From Planctomycetota bacterium (GTDB lineage Bacteria > Planctomycetota > B15-G4 > JADJEK01), in assembly GCA_044225365.1 (NCBI GenBank), contig JBGAIQ010000028.1, forward strand, positions 1,703-65,702: a stretch of 64,000 bases of DNA, written 5' to 3'. Each line of letters opens with the position of its first letter. Positions within the stretch are counted from its first letter, which is position 1. Shown piece after piece: positions 1-8,883 of this stretch. Position numbers and translations under genes: made by a program. Below the pieces are notes generated by a model that was not told the origin of the DNA, ran no database searches, and worked only from the letters and a program-made list of their open reading frames with translations.

Positions 1-258
1 GCCGGAAGGATCTCCGGAAAGGCAAGGAAAGGGAAACCGGCTCGGGGTCGGGGGTCCGAACCTTCGCCGGTCATTCTATCGGCAATTCGCGGATTCGAAC
101 CGAAAGTGCGGACACCCTCTCACACGAACTCAAGGATCGGAGGACCATGTCGTGCGTCCTCGGCGCCGAGCCTCCGCAGCCCCGGGCCGGCGCTCGGAGT
201 CGTCGAGGATGTGACAGGGAGTGCTTCCACGGTCGTCGCGGAGGGTATCCTGGCGAGG

Positions 259-1335
259 ATGCGCGAACCCGAGCTCCTCGAACGATTGCTGGATCTACAC
301 GAACGGATCCGTTCCAAGGTGATCGCCGCGCAGGAGCGCAGCGCGCTCGGTCGGCTCGGCGAGGCGACGGACCGCACCCGCGACGCGTCGGGCGGCGTCC
401 GCGCCGCGAACGCGGAGGTCGCAGCCGAGGGGGCCGCGGACATCTCGTTCGGGATCGACGTCGAAGCCGAGAGCGTCATCGAGGAGTTCGCGGAGGAATT
501 CGCGAAGGAGACTCCGATCCTCGTCGTGTCGGAAGGGCTTGGTGTGCGCGCATTCGGCACGGCGGGTCGAACGCCGGAATGGCGACTCGTCATCGATCCG
601 ATCGATGGGACGCGCAACCTCATGTTCGATCTCCGTTCGGGGTTCGTGCTGTCGGCGTTCGCGCCGGAGAAGGGCGACGCGACACGCCTGTCCGACGTTC
701 GCGTGGCCTTGCAGACCGAGTTGCCGCCCACCGATCGAAGGAGCTTCGATCAGATGAGCGCGATCCGCGGCCAGGGCGCGCGAATCGTCCGCCGAGATCT
801 CGCGACCGGTGCAATCCGCTCCGAACAGCGACTCGAACGCAGTGACGACGCTCGCCTCGACAACGGCTTCTTCGTCTTCTTCAAGTTCAACTTCCGCGAG
901 CGCGGCGTCCTTGGCGCGATCGAGCAGCGATTCTTCGAGCTCTTGGTCGAATCGAAGAAGATCGATGGCCGTCTGCTGTTCGACGATCAGTACATCTGCA
1001 GCGCCGGTCAGCTCCAGCTCATGCTCACGCGACGCTATCGCTTCCTCGCGGATCTACGGGGATTCGTCGGCGACCGGCTCGGGTTCGCCAATCAGACCTC
1101 GAAGCCATACGACGTCTGCTGCGCATTGATCGCGGAGGAAGCGGGCATCCTGCTGACGGACGGACGTGGCGAGAAGTTCGACGTTCCGCTCGATCTCGAA
1201 TCGCGCGTGACCCTCGTCGCTTACCCGAACGCCGCGGTGCGAGCCGCGCTCGAGCCCTTGCTCTTCAGAGCGATGGCGGAGATCCTGCCGCTCCATACGA
1301 ATCCTCACGGGAACCCAGTGGAAGGACGATCCTGA
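259..1335 (+). CDS. inositol monophosphatase / FBPase-family phosphatase
   Basis: Within ORF 106..1335. Carries IMPase signature segments WRLVIDPIDGTRNLMF and YDVCCALIAEEAGILLTDGRG. The first ~50 codons of the ORF are S/P/R-rich with weaker GC3, so ATG 259 is preferred, but the start could lie anywhere in 106-259. The stop overlaps the next start (TGATG). Confidence 0.8.
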   Translation: MREPELLERLLDLHERIRSKVIAAQERSALGRLGEATDRTRDASGGVRAANAEVAAEGAADISFGIDVEAESVIEEFAEEFAKETPILVVSEGLGVRAFGTAGRTPEWRLVIDPIDGTRNLMFDLRSGFVLSAFAPEKGDATRLSDVRVALQTELPPTDRRSFDQMSAIRGQGARIVRRDLATGAIRSEQRLERSDDARLDNGFFVFFKFNFRERGVLGAIEQRFFELLVESKKIDGRLLFDDQYICSAGQLQLMLTRRYRFLADLRGFVGDRLGFANQTSKPYDVCCALIAEEAGILLTDGRGEKFDVPLDLESRVTLVAYPNAAVRAALEPLLFRAMAEILPLHTNPHGNPVEGRS

Positions 1336-2081
1336 TGCGCGTGTTCGCGATCGGCGACGTCCATCTCCCGGGAGGACCGCAGAACAAACCGATGGATCGA
1401 TTCGGCGAGATTTGGACCGATCACTCGACGGTCATCGCGCGCAACTGGCAGGAGGTCGCGCGCGCCGACGACGTGCTGCTCCTCGTCGGCGACCTATCGT
1501 GGGCGATGAGGATCGAGGACGCGCGCGCGGACATCGAGTGGATGAAGTCGCTGCGAGGCCGGGTCCTCGCGATTCGCGGCAATCACGATTTCTGGTGGGG
1601 GAGCATCGGCAAGGTCCGCGCCGCGCTCACCCCGGTCCGCGCAATGCAGCACGACCACGTGGTCCTCGATCGCGTCGCGTTCGTGGGTACCCGCGGCTGG
1701 CAATGCCCGGGCTCGATCGGCAGCGCCGATGCGATGGGTGGCGGGGGCGAAGCCGGTTCGGTGCAGTACACACCCGAGGACCGTGCGATCTACGACCGTG
1801 AAGTAGGCCGCTTGAAACTCGCTCTCGAGGGCCTGAAGAAGAGCGGAGCCGAGTACGACAAGCTCGTGGTGATGCTCCACTACCCGCCGATGAATCCCGC
1901 GCACGAACCTTCGGGCTTCACCGACCTGATCGATGCCCATGCCGCGGATATCTGCGTCCACGGTCACCTGCATGGCAAGGAGTCGATCGCGACCGCGTTC
2001 GAGGGCGTCCGCGGTCGCACGACCTATCATTGCGTCAGCGCCGATGCCGTCGCGATGAGGCCGCGCCTGCTCCTGGACTGA
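1335..2081 (+). CDS. metallophosphoesterase (calcineurin-like phosphoesterase family)
   Basis: MRVFAIGDVHLPGG, IRGNHDFWW and VHGHLHG match the metallophosphoesterase metal-binding motifs. The 1-nt overlap with the upstream stop suggests an operon. Confidence 0.8.
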   Translation: MRVFAIGDVHLPGGPQNKPMDRFGEIWTDHSTVIARNWQEVARADDVLLLVGDLSWAMRIEDARADIEWMKSLRGRVLAIRGNHDFWWGSIGKVRAALTPVRAMQHDHVVLDRVAFVGTRGWQCPGSIGSADAMGGGGEAGSVQYTPEDRAIYDREVGRLKLALEGLKKSGAEYDKLVVMLHYPPMNPAHEPSGFTDLIDAHAADICVHGHLHGKESIATAFEGVRGRTTYHCVSADAVAMRPRLLLD

Positions 2082-2145
2082 CACGAGGGGTTTCCCGCGT
2101 CGACGTCGATTCGTTGCGCGCTGCCGTTCGATCCGGGTCGGAGGC

Positions 2146-5100
2146 TCACCACCCGAAGACGACACTCGCGGAATCGTTGTGAGGGTAGAGGTCGCCATTG
2201 ACTCCCACGGCGACTTGGAAGCGGAACTTGATCCGATACCCGGCGATGAGCATCGATACGACGTTCGAGGTGAGGGGGAGGGAGTCGTTGATCGTCGCGC
2301 TCGGGATCGTGAGTCCGTTCAGCGCAGCGAGTGCGGGGTGATTCTGCGGGAGCGGGAGTTCGATCTCCATCGCGCCCGCGGGGTTGAGCGGTAGAGCGAC
2401 ACCGTTGGGATCGAGGAGCGACGCGTAGAGGTGGGCGGTGTTCCCGGGAGCGGGCGTGAGTGCAGCGTTGTAGACCGTGGTGGAGAGTGCGATCGAGTAG
2501 TTCGTGGCGGCCGAGCCGGTGAGCGTGGCGGTCGTGTCGTGGTTCGAGAGGGCGAGGTCGAACCCGCTCGGTGCAGGCACGCTCTGGAACCACTCGAGTT
2601 CGAGGAGCAGCAGCGACTGCGGTGCGAGGACGACCGTGCTCTTCGTCCCGGCACGATCGTACGTGATGTCGAGCGAGCTGTAGCCGCTCGAGAAGTAGTC
2701 GGTGTTCGGGTCGGCGACTCCGAGACGTTGGTGGTACTTGCCGAAGGCGAGTCGATTCCAGAGTCGGAAGTCGACAGTGCGCGGCGTCGTTTCGAAGTTG
2801 TAGAGCAGCACGCGAAGACGCGGATTCGTCGTGCCTTCCTTCACCGCGAGGTCGTTCACGAGGACCGCGATGTCGACGGGCGTCGCCGCGCTCCCTGGCG
2901 TCTCCCACGTCATGACCGGGCGCGGCACAGCGCTGTCGAGCACGTCCCCCGTGAGCGCGCAGTGGAGCGTGCGGTGCGAGTTGCCGTGGAAGAGGAACGC
3001 GCGGTCGGTGTAGAGCGCCTCGGTCGTACCGAGGGGGAAGTGATTGCGCAGCCAGTTCGCGCCGTCGAGGAGGTCGCCGACGAGCGTCGTCTTGCCCTTC
3101 CGCGTGTATTGCAGCGCCGCGGGGTTCGGGCCGGTCTGAGGAACGGCGAGGTAGGAGAGCGCGGTGTAGCTGTTCGTCGCGAGGAGGCTGTCGATCGAAG
3201 CGAGGAACGAATCGGTGACGTACGGCGTCGTGCCGCTTTGATACGGGTCGTCGATCGCACGGAGATTGGCGTCGGTCGCGATGAACGGACGCAACGTCGC
3301 GAGATTGTCGAGGAAGGCCGACGAGAAGCGCAGCGCGTTGAGTGCCCAGTTCGCGGTACCGACCGTCGTGAGGCCACTCACACTCTGCCCGGCGTTGATC
3401 GCATCGTTGATCGCGATGACGCCCTTGGTGAGTTCGACGGTTGGAACCAGGTACTGGTACGCGGTGGGGCCACCCTGGAAGTACGCCGTGAGGAACGCGC
3501 CGGAGTAGAGGTAAGGCAGCGAGGGAAGGTTCTCGGGGTAGTTGTAACTCGATCCCGCATTGGTCGTAGCGAGCCACCAGGATGCGGGAGGAGCGCCGTT
3601 CATTCCGGTCGCGATCGCGGCGGGAACGAGACCGAGTGGCCGCGCACTCGACGAGGCGAGGGACGCACTGACCCATGAATTCGACCAGGCGCGGATCGCA
3701 TCGCCGACGACGGAGAGCTTTGCGTGAGAGAGTACTTCGTAGGCGGGAAGCATCGCCTTCCCATCGAAGGGCACGTCGACGAACGATTGCGAGAAGGCCG
3801 GGTCCGACGAAGGAGGCGGACCGTCGCTGTTGAAGTAGAAGGCTTGGAAGCGGAGGTTGCCCGTCCCGTCGGCGAGCGCCCACGATTTCGCGGCGTTGCC
3901 GGGATACTGCACGTGCTTCACGACGTCGAGCGACGCCTGCAGGAAATGCGGATCCCCGGGAGCGATACCGAGGCCGGCGCGGATCGGATACGACGTGAAC
4001 TCCGCCGAGTGCTCGACGTCGACGGGCACTCCGCCGTAGTAGCCGTCGTTCACCGTGCTCCCCGAGAGCACGAAGTCGGCGCACTGGAGTAGGGTGTTCC
4101 GAGACGCGACGTCATTCGGCTGGTGCAAGGCGATCAGCGGTCCGTCGAGCAGCGCGACGAGTTCCGGGTCGTCGCCCGAGCCGCCGCCGAACTCGCCGTT
4201 CTGGGCGCGATTCGCGATCCACCAGGCGATGCCGGCGCGATACGCCCGAGCATAATCGCGTTCCGCCGTCGCCCAGGCCGGTGCGCCCGGCGGCGCCGCG
4301 GTCGGTTGCGCGAGCAGCGGCGTCCACCAGGCCTCGGTCGGTTTCACGTAGCTCGACGGGATGTCGGCGCCGGTCCAGTCGTTCCACACGCCACCGTTCG
4401 CGGAATGGACGTGCGAAGCCCCGCTCGCGACCCAACACATGAGGTCGAGGCTGGAGCAACCATCGAATTCGTTGGTGCGAAACCCGCCCGTATCGAAGTC
4501 GGAGAAGACCTTCTCGTAGGCGAGGATGCCGGCGAGTGAGCCCGGATCCGGCGTGCTGCCGTTCAAGTACGAGTGCATCGAGTTCATCGCGTAATGCAGC
4601 TCGCCGACGCGGAACAGCGAGCGGAACGCGAGCGGGAACACCTCGAATCGAGTGTCCGGCTGGGTGTTTGCATTCCACTGGATCACCGGGGAGAGCGTCT
4701 GCATTCCCGCGACCTGGTAGTAGATGTTCTCCGCGAGGTAGAGGTGGCGCGCGGCGTTCGCCGACGTGTTCGGGGTGACCGCGAAGATCGATCCGGGGTA
4801 CGCGGGATTGAAGTACCCGAGCCCTTGCGGCGGCATTGTGTAGGCATTCTCGTAGTTTCGCAGCGAGAAATGCAGCTCCGCGATCTCGTAGTCCTGGATC
4901 CGATCGCGGAACTCGATCGCGCGAGCGTTCGAAGCGAGCGTGGGAGTCGCGAGCGCGGCCTTCGCCTCGGCGAGCGCGGTCGTGAATCCCTTCTCGGATC
5001 CGTCGAACCATCCCGCGAGCCACAGCAGAGCGTGGGCGCGAGTGAGCGGGTCGGAGAGCGCGAGGAACTTCGTATGCGCGGCCGTGAAGTTCTTCGCGTT

Positions 5101-5838
5101 GAATTCCGTGAGGCCGGAGATCGTCGACCCGGACGTGCTGGTGAGCCACGATCCCGACGCGCGTTTGTAGGTGATCGGAGCTGCGACGAACGGATAGAGC
5201 TCGATCGCGCTCACGGGGATCACGGAACCGGCGGCGCCATTGAAGCGGATGCGGATCTTGCCCTGCGCGTCCGCCTTCGCCGTGAACCAGACCTTGCGGT
5301 ACGAGCCGAGGTCGGTGATGAGCTTCGCCTTCGCATACGCGGTGCGCAGGTCGATCCCAGCGGCGACCGTCTTCAGCGCCGAGCCTTCGGACGCGAGCAC
5401 GTCGATCCCGTACAGCGCCGTCGGGAACGAGTCGTACTTGATCATCCCCGGCTTCCAATAGAACGGCACGTGCGCGAGCAGGACGCGGACGCGAACGATC
5501 GAATTGGGAACGACGAGGCAGGAGAACTCAGTGCCGGGATGGACGCGGACGCAGCCCCGGAGCAACGGGCGATCGTCGTCGTCGCGATCGACGATGTCGT
5601 GCGCGGGATTGTCGCCGACCCGGCCATCGAACGGCGTGGCCGAGAAGCCGTAGTCGCCCTGGACTCCGACGAGCGTCGTTGGGTCGACCGCGATCGCTCC
5701 CGGCGCGACTGCCGTCCCCGCCGGCTTCAGATCGAAGCGCGTCGGGGGTTGGAAGACTTGCGCGTGGGAGTCGAGGGACAGCGACGAAACTGCGAACGCG
5801 ACAGCGAAGAGCCGTCGCGCGGTAGGATTTGCAGACAT
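2146..5838 (-). CDS. large secreted protein of unknown function (~1230 aa)
   Basis: ORF 2146..5973. The internal ATG at 5838 begins MSANPTARRLFAVAFAVSSLSLDSHAQ, a signal-peptide-like N-terminus. Open frame with high GC3 throughout. I recognise no domain. Confidence 0.7.
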   Translation of the reverse strand: MSANPTARRLFAVAFAVSSLSLDSHAQVFQPPTRFDLKPAGTAVAPGAIAVDPTTLVGVQGDYGFSATPFDGRVGDNPAHDIVDRDDDDRPLLRGCVRVHPGTEFSCLVVPNSIVRVRVLLAHVPFYWKPGMIKYDSFPTALYGIDVLASEGSALKTVAAGIDLRTAYAKAKLITDLGSYRKVWFTAKADAQGKIRIRFNGAAGSVIPVSAIELYPFVAAPITYKRASGSWLTSTSGSTISGLTEFNAKNFTAAHTKFLALSDPLTRAHALLWLAGWFDGSEKGFTTALAEAKAALATPTLASNARAIEFRDRIQDYEIAELHFSLRNYENAYTMPPQGLGYFNPAYPGSIFAVTPNTSANAARHLYLAENIYYQVAGMQTLSPVIQWNANTQPDTRFEVFPLAFRSLFRVGELHYAMNSMHSYLNGSTPDPGSLAGILAYEKVFSDFDTGGFRTNEFDGCSSLDLMCWVASGASHVHSANGGVWNDWTGADIPSSYVKPTEAWWTPLLAQPTAAPPGAPAWATAERDYARAYRAGIAWWIANRAQNGEFGGGSGDDPELVALLDGPLIALHQPNDVASRNTLLQCADFVLSGSTVNDGYYGGVPVDVEHSAEFTSYPIRAGLGIAPGDPHFLQASLDVVKHVQYPGNAAKSWALADGTGNLRFQAFYFNSDGPPPSSDPAFSQSFVDVPFDGKAMLPAYEVLSHAKLSVVGDAIRAWSNSWVSASLASSSARPLGLVPAAIATGMNGAPPASWWLATTNAGSSYNYPENLPSLPYLYSGAFLTAYFQGGPTAYQYLVPTVELTKGVIAINDAINAGQSVSGLTTVGTANWALNALRFSSAFLDNLATLRPFIATDANLRAIDDPYQSGTTPYVTDSFLASIDSLLATNSYTALSYLAVPQTGPNPAALQYTRKGKTTLVGDLLDGANWLRNHFPLGTTEALYTDRAFLFHGNSHRTLHCALTGDVLDSAVPRPVMTWETPGSAATPVDIAVLVNDLAVKEGTTNPRLRVLLYNFETTPRTVDFRLWNRLAFGKYHQRLGVADPNTDYFSSGYSSLDITYDRAGTKSTVVLAPQSLLLLELEWFQSVPAPSGFDLALSNHDTTATLTGSAATNYSIALSTTVYNAALTPAPGNTAHLYASLLDPNGVALPLNPAGAMEIELPLPQNHPALAALNGLTIPSATINDSLPLTSNVVSMLIAGYRIKFRFQVAVGVNGDLYPHNDSASVVFGW

Positions 5839-5913
5839 CGTTCGATCACCGCCGAAAGTCCGAGGACCGGGGCGAAAAGGCCGAGGCTCGGGACGGCCAT
5901 GTGACGCTACGCT

Positions 5914-6435
5914 GTGGATCCAGGTTCGGTGTTTTCCGGGAGTTCCAGCTTGCGGCTGCTCATCCTGCGTCATGGTATCGCCGAAGAAACATCGCCTACC
6001 GGCAAGGACTCCGGCCGACGCCTCACGAAGGAAGGCAAGGAGAAGATCAGCGCGATCGCCAAGGCGCTGCGGCGATTCGATCTCGCGCCGACGGCAATCG
6101 TCTCGAGTCCGCTCGTTCGCGCGATCGAGACCGCGAATCGGGTCCGCGACGAACTGGGAATCGAATCTCCGATCGAGGTCTTCGAGGAGTTCTCACCCGA
6201 GGGAACCCCTCCCGAGATGGTCGCGGCGTTGCGCCGCGCCGCCTGCGGAGAAGATCTATGCATGGTCGGGCATCTGCCGTCGGCAGCGAACCTCGTTGCG
6301 GCCCTGATCGGCGCGCCGCGCGACGATGCGATCGAATTGAAGAAGGGCGGAGTCGCCGTCATCGAGTTCTTCGGACCGATCGCGATCGCGCGCGGCACAT
6401 TGCGCCTCCTCCTCGCGCCGAAGGTCATGACCTGA
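5914..6435 (+). CDS. sixA: phosphohistidine phosphatase SixA-like (histidine phosphatase superfamily)
   Basis: LRLLILRHGIAEE...RRLTKEGKEKI...IVSSPLVRAIETA contains the RHG catalytic motif in a SixA-like layout. Start is GTG 5914 or in-frame TTG 5950. Confidence 0.75.
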   Translation: MDPGSVFSGSSSLRLLILRHGIAEETSPTGKDSGRRLTKEGKEKISAIAKALRRFDLAPTAIVSSPLVRAIETANRVRDELGIESPIEVFEEFSPEGTPPEMVAALRRAACGEDLCMVGHLPSAANLVAALIGAPRDDAIELKKGGVAVIEFFGPIAIARGTLRLLLAPKVMT

Positions 6436-6512
6436 CGTCGCTCATTCGTGTGATAGAGTCCCGCACCCTTTCGTCTCGCCCTCAAAGGCGTCCACTGGAG
6501 CTTCGACCCGCC

Positions 6513-7739
6513 ATGCACCGAGCCCTCACCGGTGTCGCGATCGCGTGCGCGTTCTCCGCCGCAGCGATCGGCCAGCCCTCGAACACCGATCTGCACGTCG
6601 CGATCTTCCGCCCCGATCTCTCGATCGTCACCGAGACCGTGAAGGTCGATCTCCCCGCGGGCCGCTCCGCGCTGCGGCTCGACTTCGTGCGCGGCAACGC
6701 CGACCTGACGACGCTTCAAGTCTTCCCACTCGACCACGCGGGCGACGTCGCGATCGTCGGCCAGGTCCGGAAGAACGAACTGCCGAACACGGTGTTCCTC
6801 GACGTCGACGCCAAGTCGGCGCTCGCCGAGCGCTTCGAACTGCGGTACGCCGCGCGTGGCTACGCCGCCGCGCCCTCCTACGTCGCGACGTACGACGCGG
6901 CGACCCGCCTGCTCTCGTTCAGCGAGGATCTCGAGGTGAGCAACGACAGCGGCGAGCCCCTCGACGGCGCCCGCGTCGACGCGCTGTTCGGCGATGTCCG
7001 AACGGTCGGATCCGCGCCCGTGATGAACGGCCGAACCGCCGAGCCGCCGGGTGCAGCGCCCAATGCCGAACCCGGATTGCCGAGCCAGCCGCTCGTGAAG
7101 GACCTCGCCGAACACGTCGTCGTCTCGTTCGGCGATCGCGTCGCCCTCAAGGACGGCGTCGCCACGCGGCATCGCATCCTGGATGCGAGCGGGGTCGCGA
7201 CCGACATCGAGTATCGGTTTCGTGCCGACGAAGCGGGCGGTCGCGTCACGCGTCGCGCCAAGGTGAAGAATACGCCCGAAGCCGGACTGAAGGGCGTGTC
7301 GCTGCAGCCCGGTCGCGTGACGCTCGCGGAGCGCGACGAGAAGGGCACCGAGCGATTCCTCGGGTTCGTCGACATCGGCCCGCTCGCGCCGGGCGGAGAA
7401 CTCGAGCTCCCGCTCTCGGTCGCCGACGATCTGTTCGTCGAACGCGACCGACTCGACTTCAAGCGCTACGACCTGGTGTTCGGTGAGTACAACCGCGCGC
7501 TCGTCTCGTTCAGCGAAGACGAGCAGTGGCGCTTGAAGGTCCGCAACCATTCGTCGGAGGCGCGAACGCTCGTCGTCCACGAAGGGATCGGAGGGACGGA
7601 CACGTTCGAGATCGTCGAGTCCACTTCGCCGGCGGCGAAGAAGGATCGCAATCTCGTCGAGTTCAAGGTGGACGTTCCGGCGAAGGGTGAGGCCGTCCTC
7701 ACCTATCGCGTGAAGAAGACCAACCTAAAGGCCGGGTGA
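6513..7739 (+). CDS. secreted DUF4139/DUF4140-like protein (MuiA-like family, function unknown)
   Basis: Internal ATG 6513 of ORF 5829..7739 begins MHRALTGVAIACAFSAAAIGQ (signal-like). The layout resembles the DUF4140 N-terminus plus a DUF4139 body (LRYAARGYAAAPSYVATYD...; C-terminal ...LTYRVKK). Family assignment is from memory of family features. Confidence 0.65.
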   Translation: MHRALTGVAIACAFSAAAIGQPSNTDLHVAIFRPDLSIVTETVKVDLPAGRSALRLDFVRGNADLTTLQVFPLDHAGDVAIVGQVRKNELPNTVFLDVDAKSALAERFELRYAARGYAAAPSYVATYDAATRLLSFSEDLEVSNDSGEPLDGARVDALFGDVRTVGSAPVMNGRTAEPPGAAPNAEPGLPSQPLVKDLAEHVVVSFGDRVALKDGVATRHRILDASGVATDIEYRFRADEAGGRVTRRAKVKNTPEAGLKGVSLQPGRVTLAERDEKGTERFLGFVDIGPLAPGGELELPLSVADDLFVERDRLDFKRYDLVFGEYNRALVSFSEDEQWRLKVRNHSSEARTLVVHEGIGGTDTFEIVESTSPAAKKDRNLVEFKVDVPAKGEAVLTYRVKKTNLKAG

Positions 7740-7749
7740 GGAGGACGTC

Positions 7750-8883
7750 ATGAACACACTGGTCAACGATGTCCTCGCTCTCTGCCTCGGTTTCGTTCCC
7801 GCGCCCCAGGAACGCGTCGATTCGGCGCCCACGGCTTTCGTCGAAGTGGTGAAGGCGAGCGAGCCGCAGAGCCTGCAGCTCCGTCTCGCGAGCGATCAGC
7901 CGGCGAACGTCGTCGAGACGCGTCGCGTGAAGCTCGATCCCGGCGGCAATCGCCTGCGCTTCGACTGGACTCGCGAACGGCTCGACGAAGGGACGCTCCG
8001 CTTCGACGTGAAGGCTCCCGCTCGCTTCGTCGCGCGGGAGAAGGTGAAGCGCCTCCCGAACATGGTGTACCTCGACGTCGCGACGGATCAGGCGCAGGAT
8101 GCCACCATCGAGGTGCGGTACCTGCTCTCCGGCATCGGCTGGCGGGTCGACTACGACGCCGAAGTGATCGCGGAGTCGGATGGAACCGAATCGCTGTCGC
8201 TCCTGCAGACGATCGAGATCGAGAACAACAGTGGTCGCGAGCTGCGCGGCGCGAAGATCGCGTTCGATGGCGGAGTGTTGAACGACGTCACCTTGAAGGA
8301 AGGTGAGAAGCGACGGCTCGAGCTCGCGAGGTTCGCGAAGGTTCCGCTCGTCCGGCGCTACGTCTTCGATCCTTCGCGATTCGGCGGAACTCCAGGCGTG
8401 GAGTTCGAGATCGTGAATTCATCCGAGAGCGGACTCGGCCGAGCGACGCTCCCCGCCGGCAAGGTCCGAGTGCTCCAGCGACTGCCGGGTGAGAACGCTC
8501 CGCGCTGGATCGGCGAGGACGTGCTGCCTTCGACCGCGATCGGCGAGAAGGCGAAGTTCTCGCCCGGCAACGCACGCGACATCACGGTCGAGCGCAACGT
8601 CACGTTCCAGGGCAACGAGAACGAGCGTCGCGATCGCTGGAACAAGGTCGTCGCCTACGACCAGCGCACGCACTTCCACTACAAGGTGAAGAACGGCTCG
8701 GGCAAGAAGGCGACGGTCCTCTTCGTCGAGTTGCCCGGCGCCCCGTTCGAGATCACGACGCCGCAGAGTCCGGGTGACGGACTCGAGAAGACCAAGTCCG
8801 ATCGGCTCGAGAAGACGTTGACCTTGGATCCCCTGGCGACCGTCGAGTTCGACATCGAATGGGTCCGACGCAACCTGTTCTGA
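7750..8883 (+). CDS. DUF4139-like protein, paralogue of the upstream gene
   Basis: Starts 10 nt after the upstream stop. IEVRYLLSGIGWRVDYDAEV...IEIENNSGRELRGAKIAF is typical of DUF4139. Same domain order as 6513..7739. Confidence 0.65.
   Translation: MNTLVNDVLALCLGFVPAPQERVDSAPTAFVEVVKASEPQSLQLRLASDQPANVVETRRVKLDPGGNRLRFDWTRERLDEGTLRFDVKAPARFVAREKVKRLPNMVYLDVATDQAQDATIEVRYLLSGIGWRVDYDAEVIAESDGTESLSLLQTIEIENNSGRELRGAKIAFDGGVLNDVTLKEGEKRRLELARFAKVPLVRRYVFDPSRFGGTPGVEFEIVNSSESGLGRATLPAGKVRVLQRLPGENAPRWIGEDVLPSTAIGEKAKFSPGNARDITVERNVTFQGNENERRDRWNKVVAYDQRTHFHYKVKNGSGKKATVLFVELPGAPFEITTPQSPGDGLEKTKSDRLEKTLTLDPLATVEFDIEWVRRNLF

Noticed and set aside
77-152. tRNA-like T-arm: GGATTCGAACC at 91-101 is the reverse complement of GGTTCGAATCC
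   Set aside because: On the minus strand the flanking bases give only a 3-bp T-stem. No complementary acceptor stem (GGCAATT partner) or D/anticodon arms can be drawn. This is a chance match.
5829-6512. N-terminal extensions of track ORFs (for example 5829..7739, 23133..25481, 25474..27414, 34017..35093, 56576..60175, 17076..19283, 20928..23168)
   Set aside because: The extensions overlap neighbouring genuine genes in other frames and are Arg-rich low complexity. Internal starts coincide with signal peptides, conserved N-termini or stop-start coupling.
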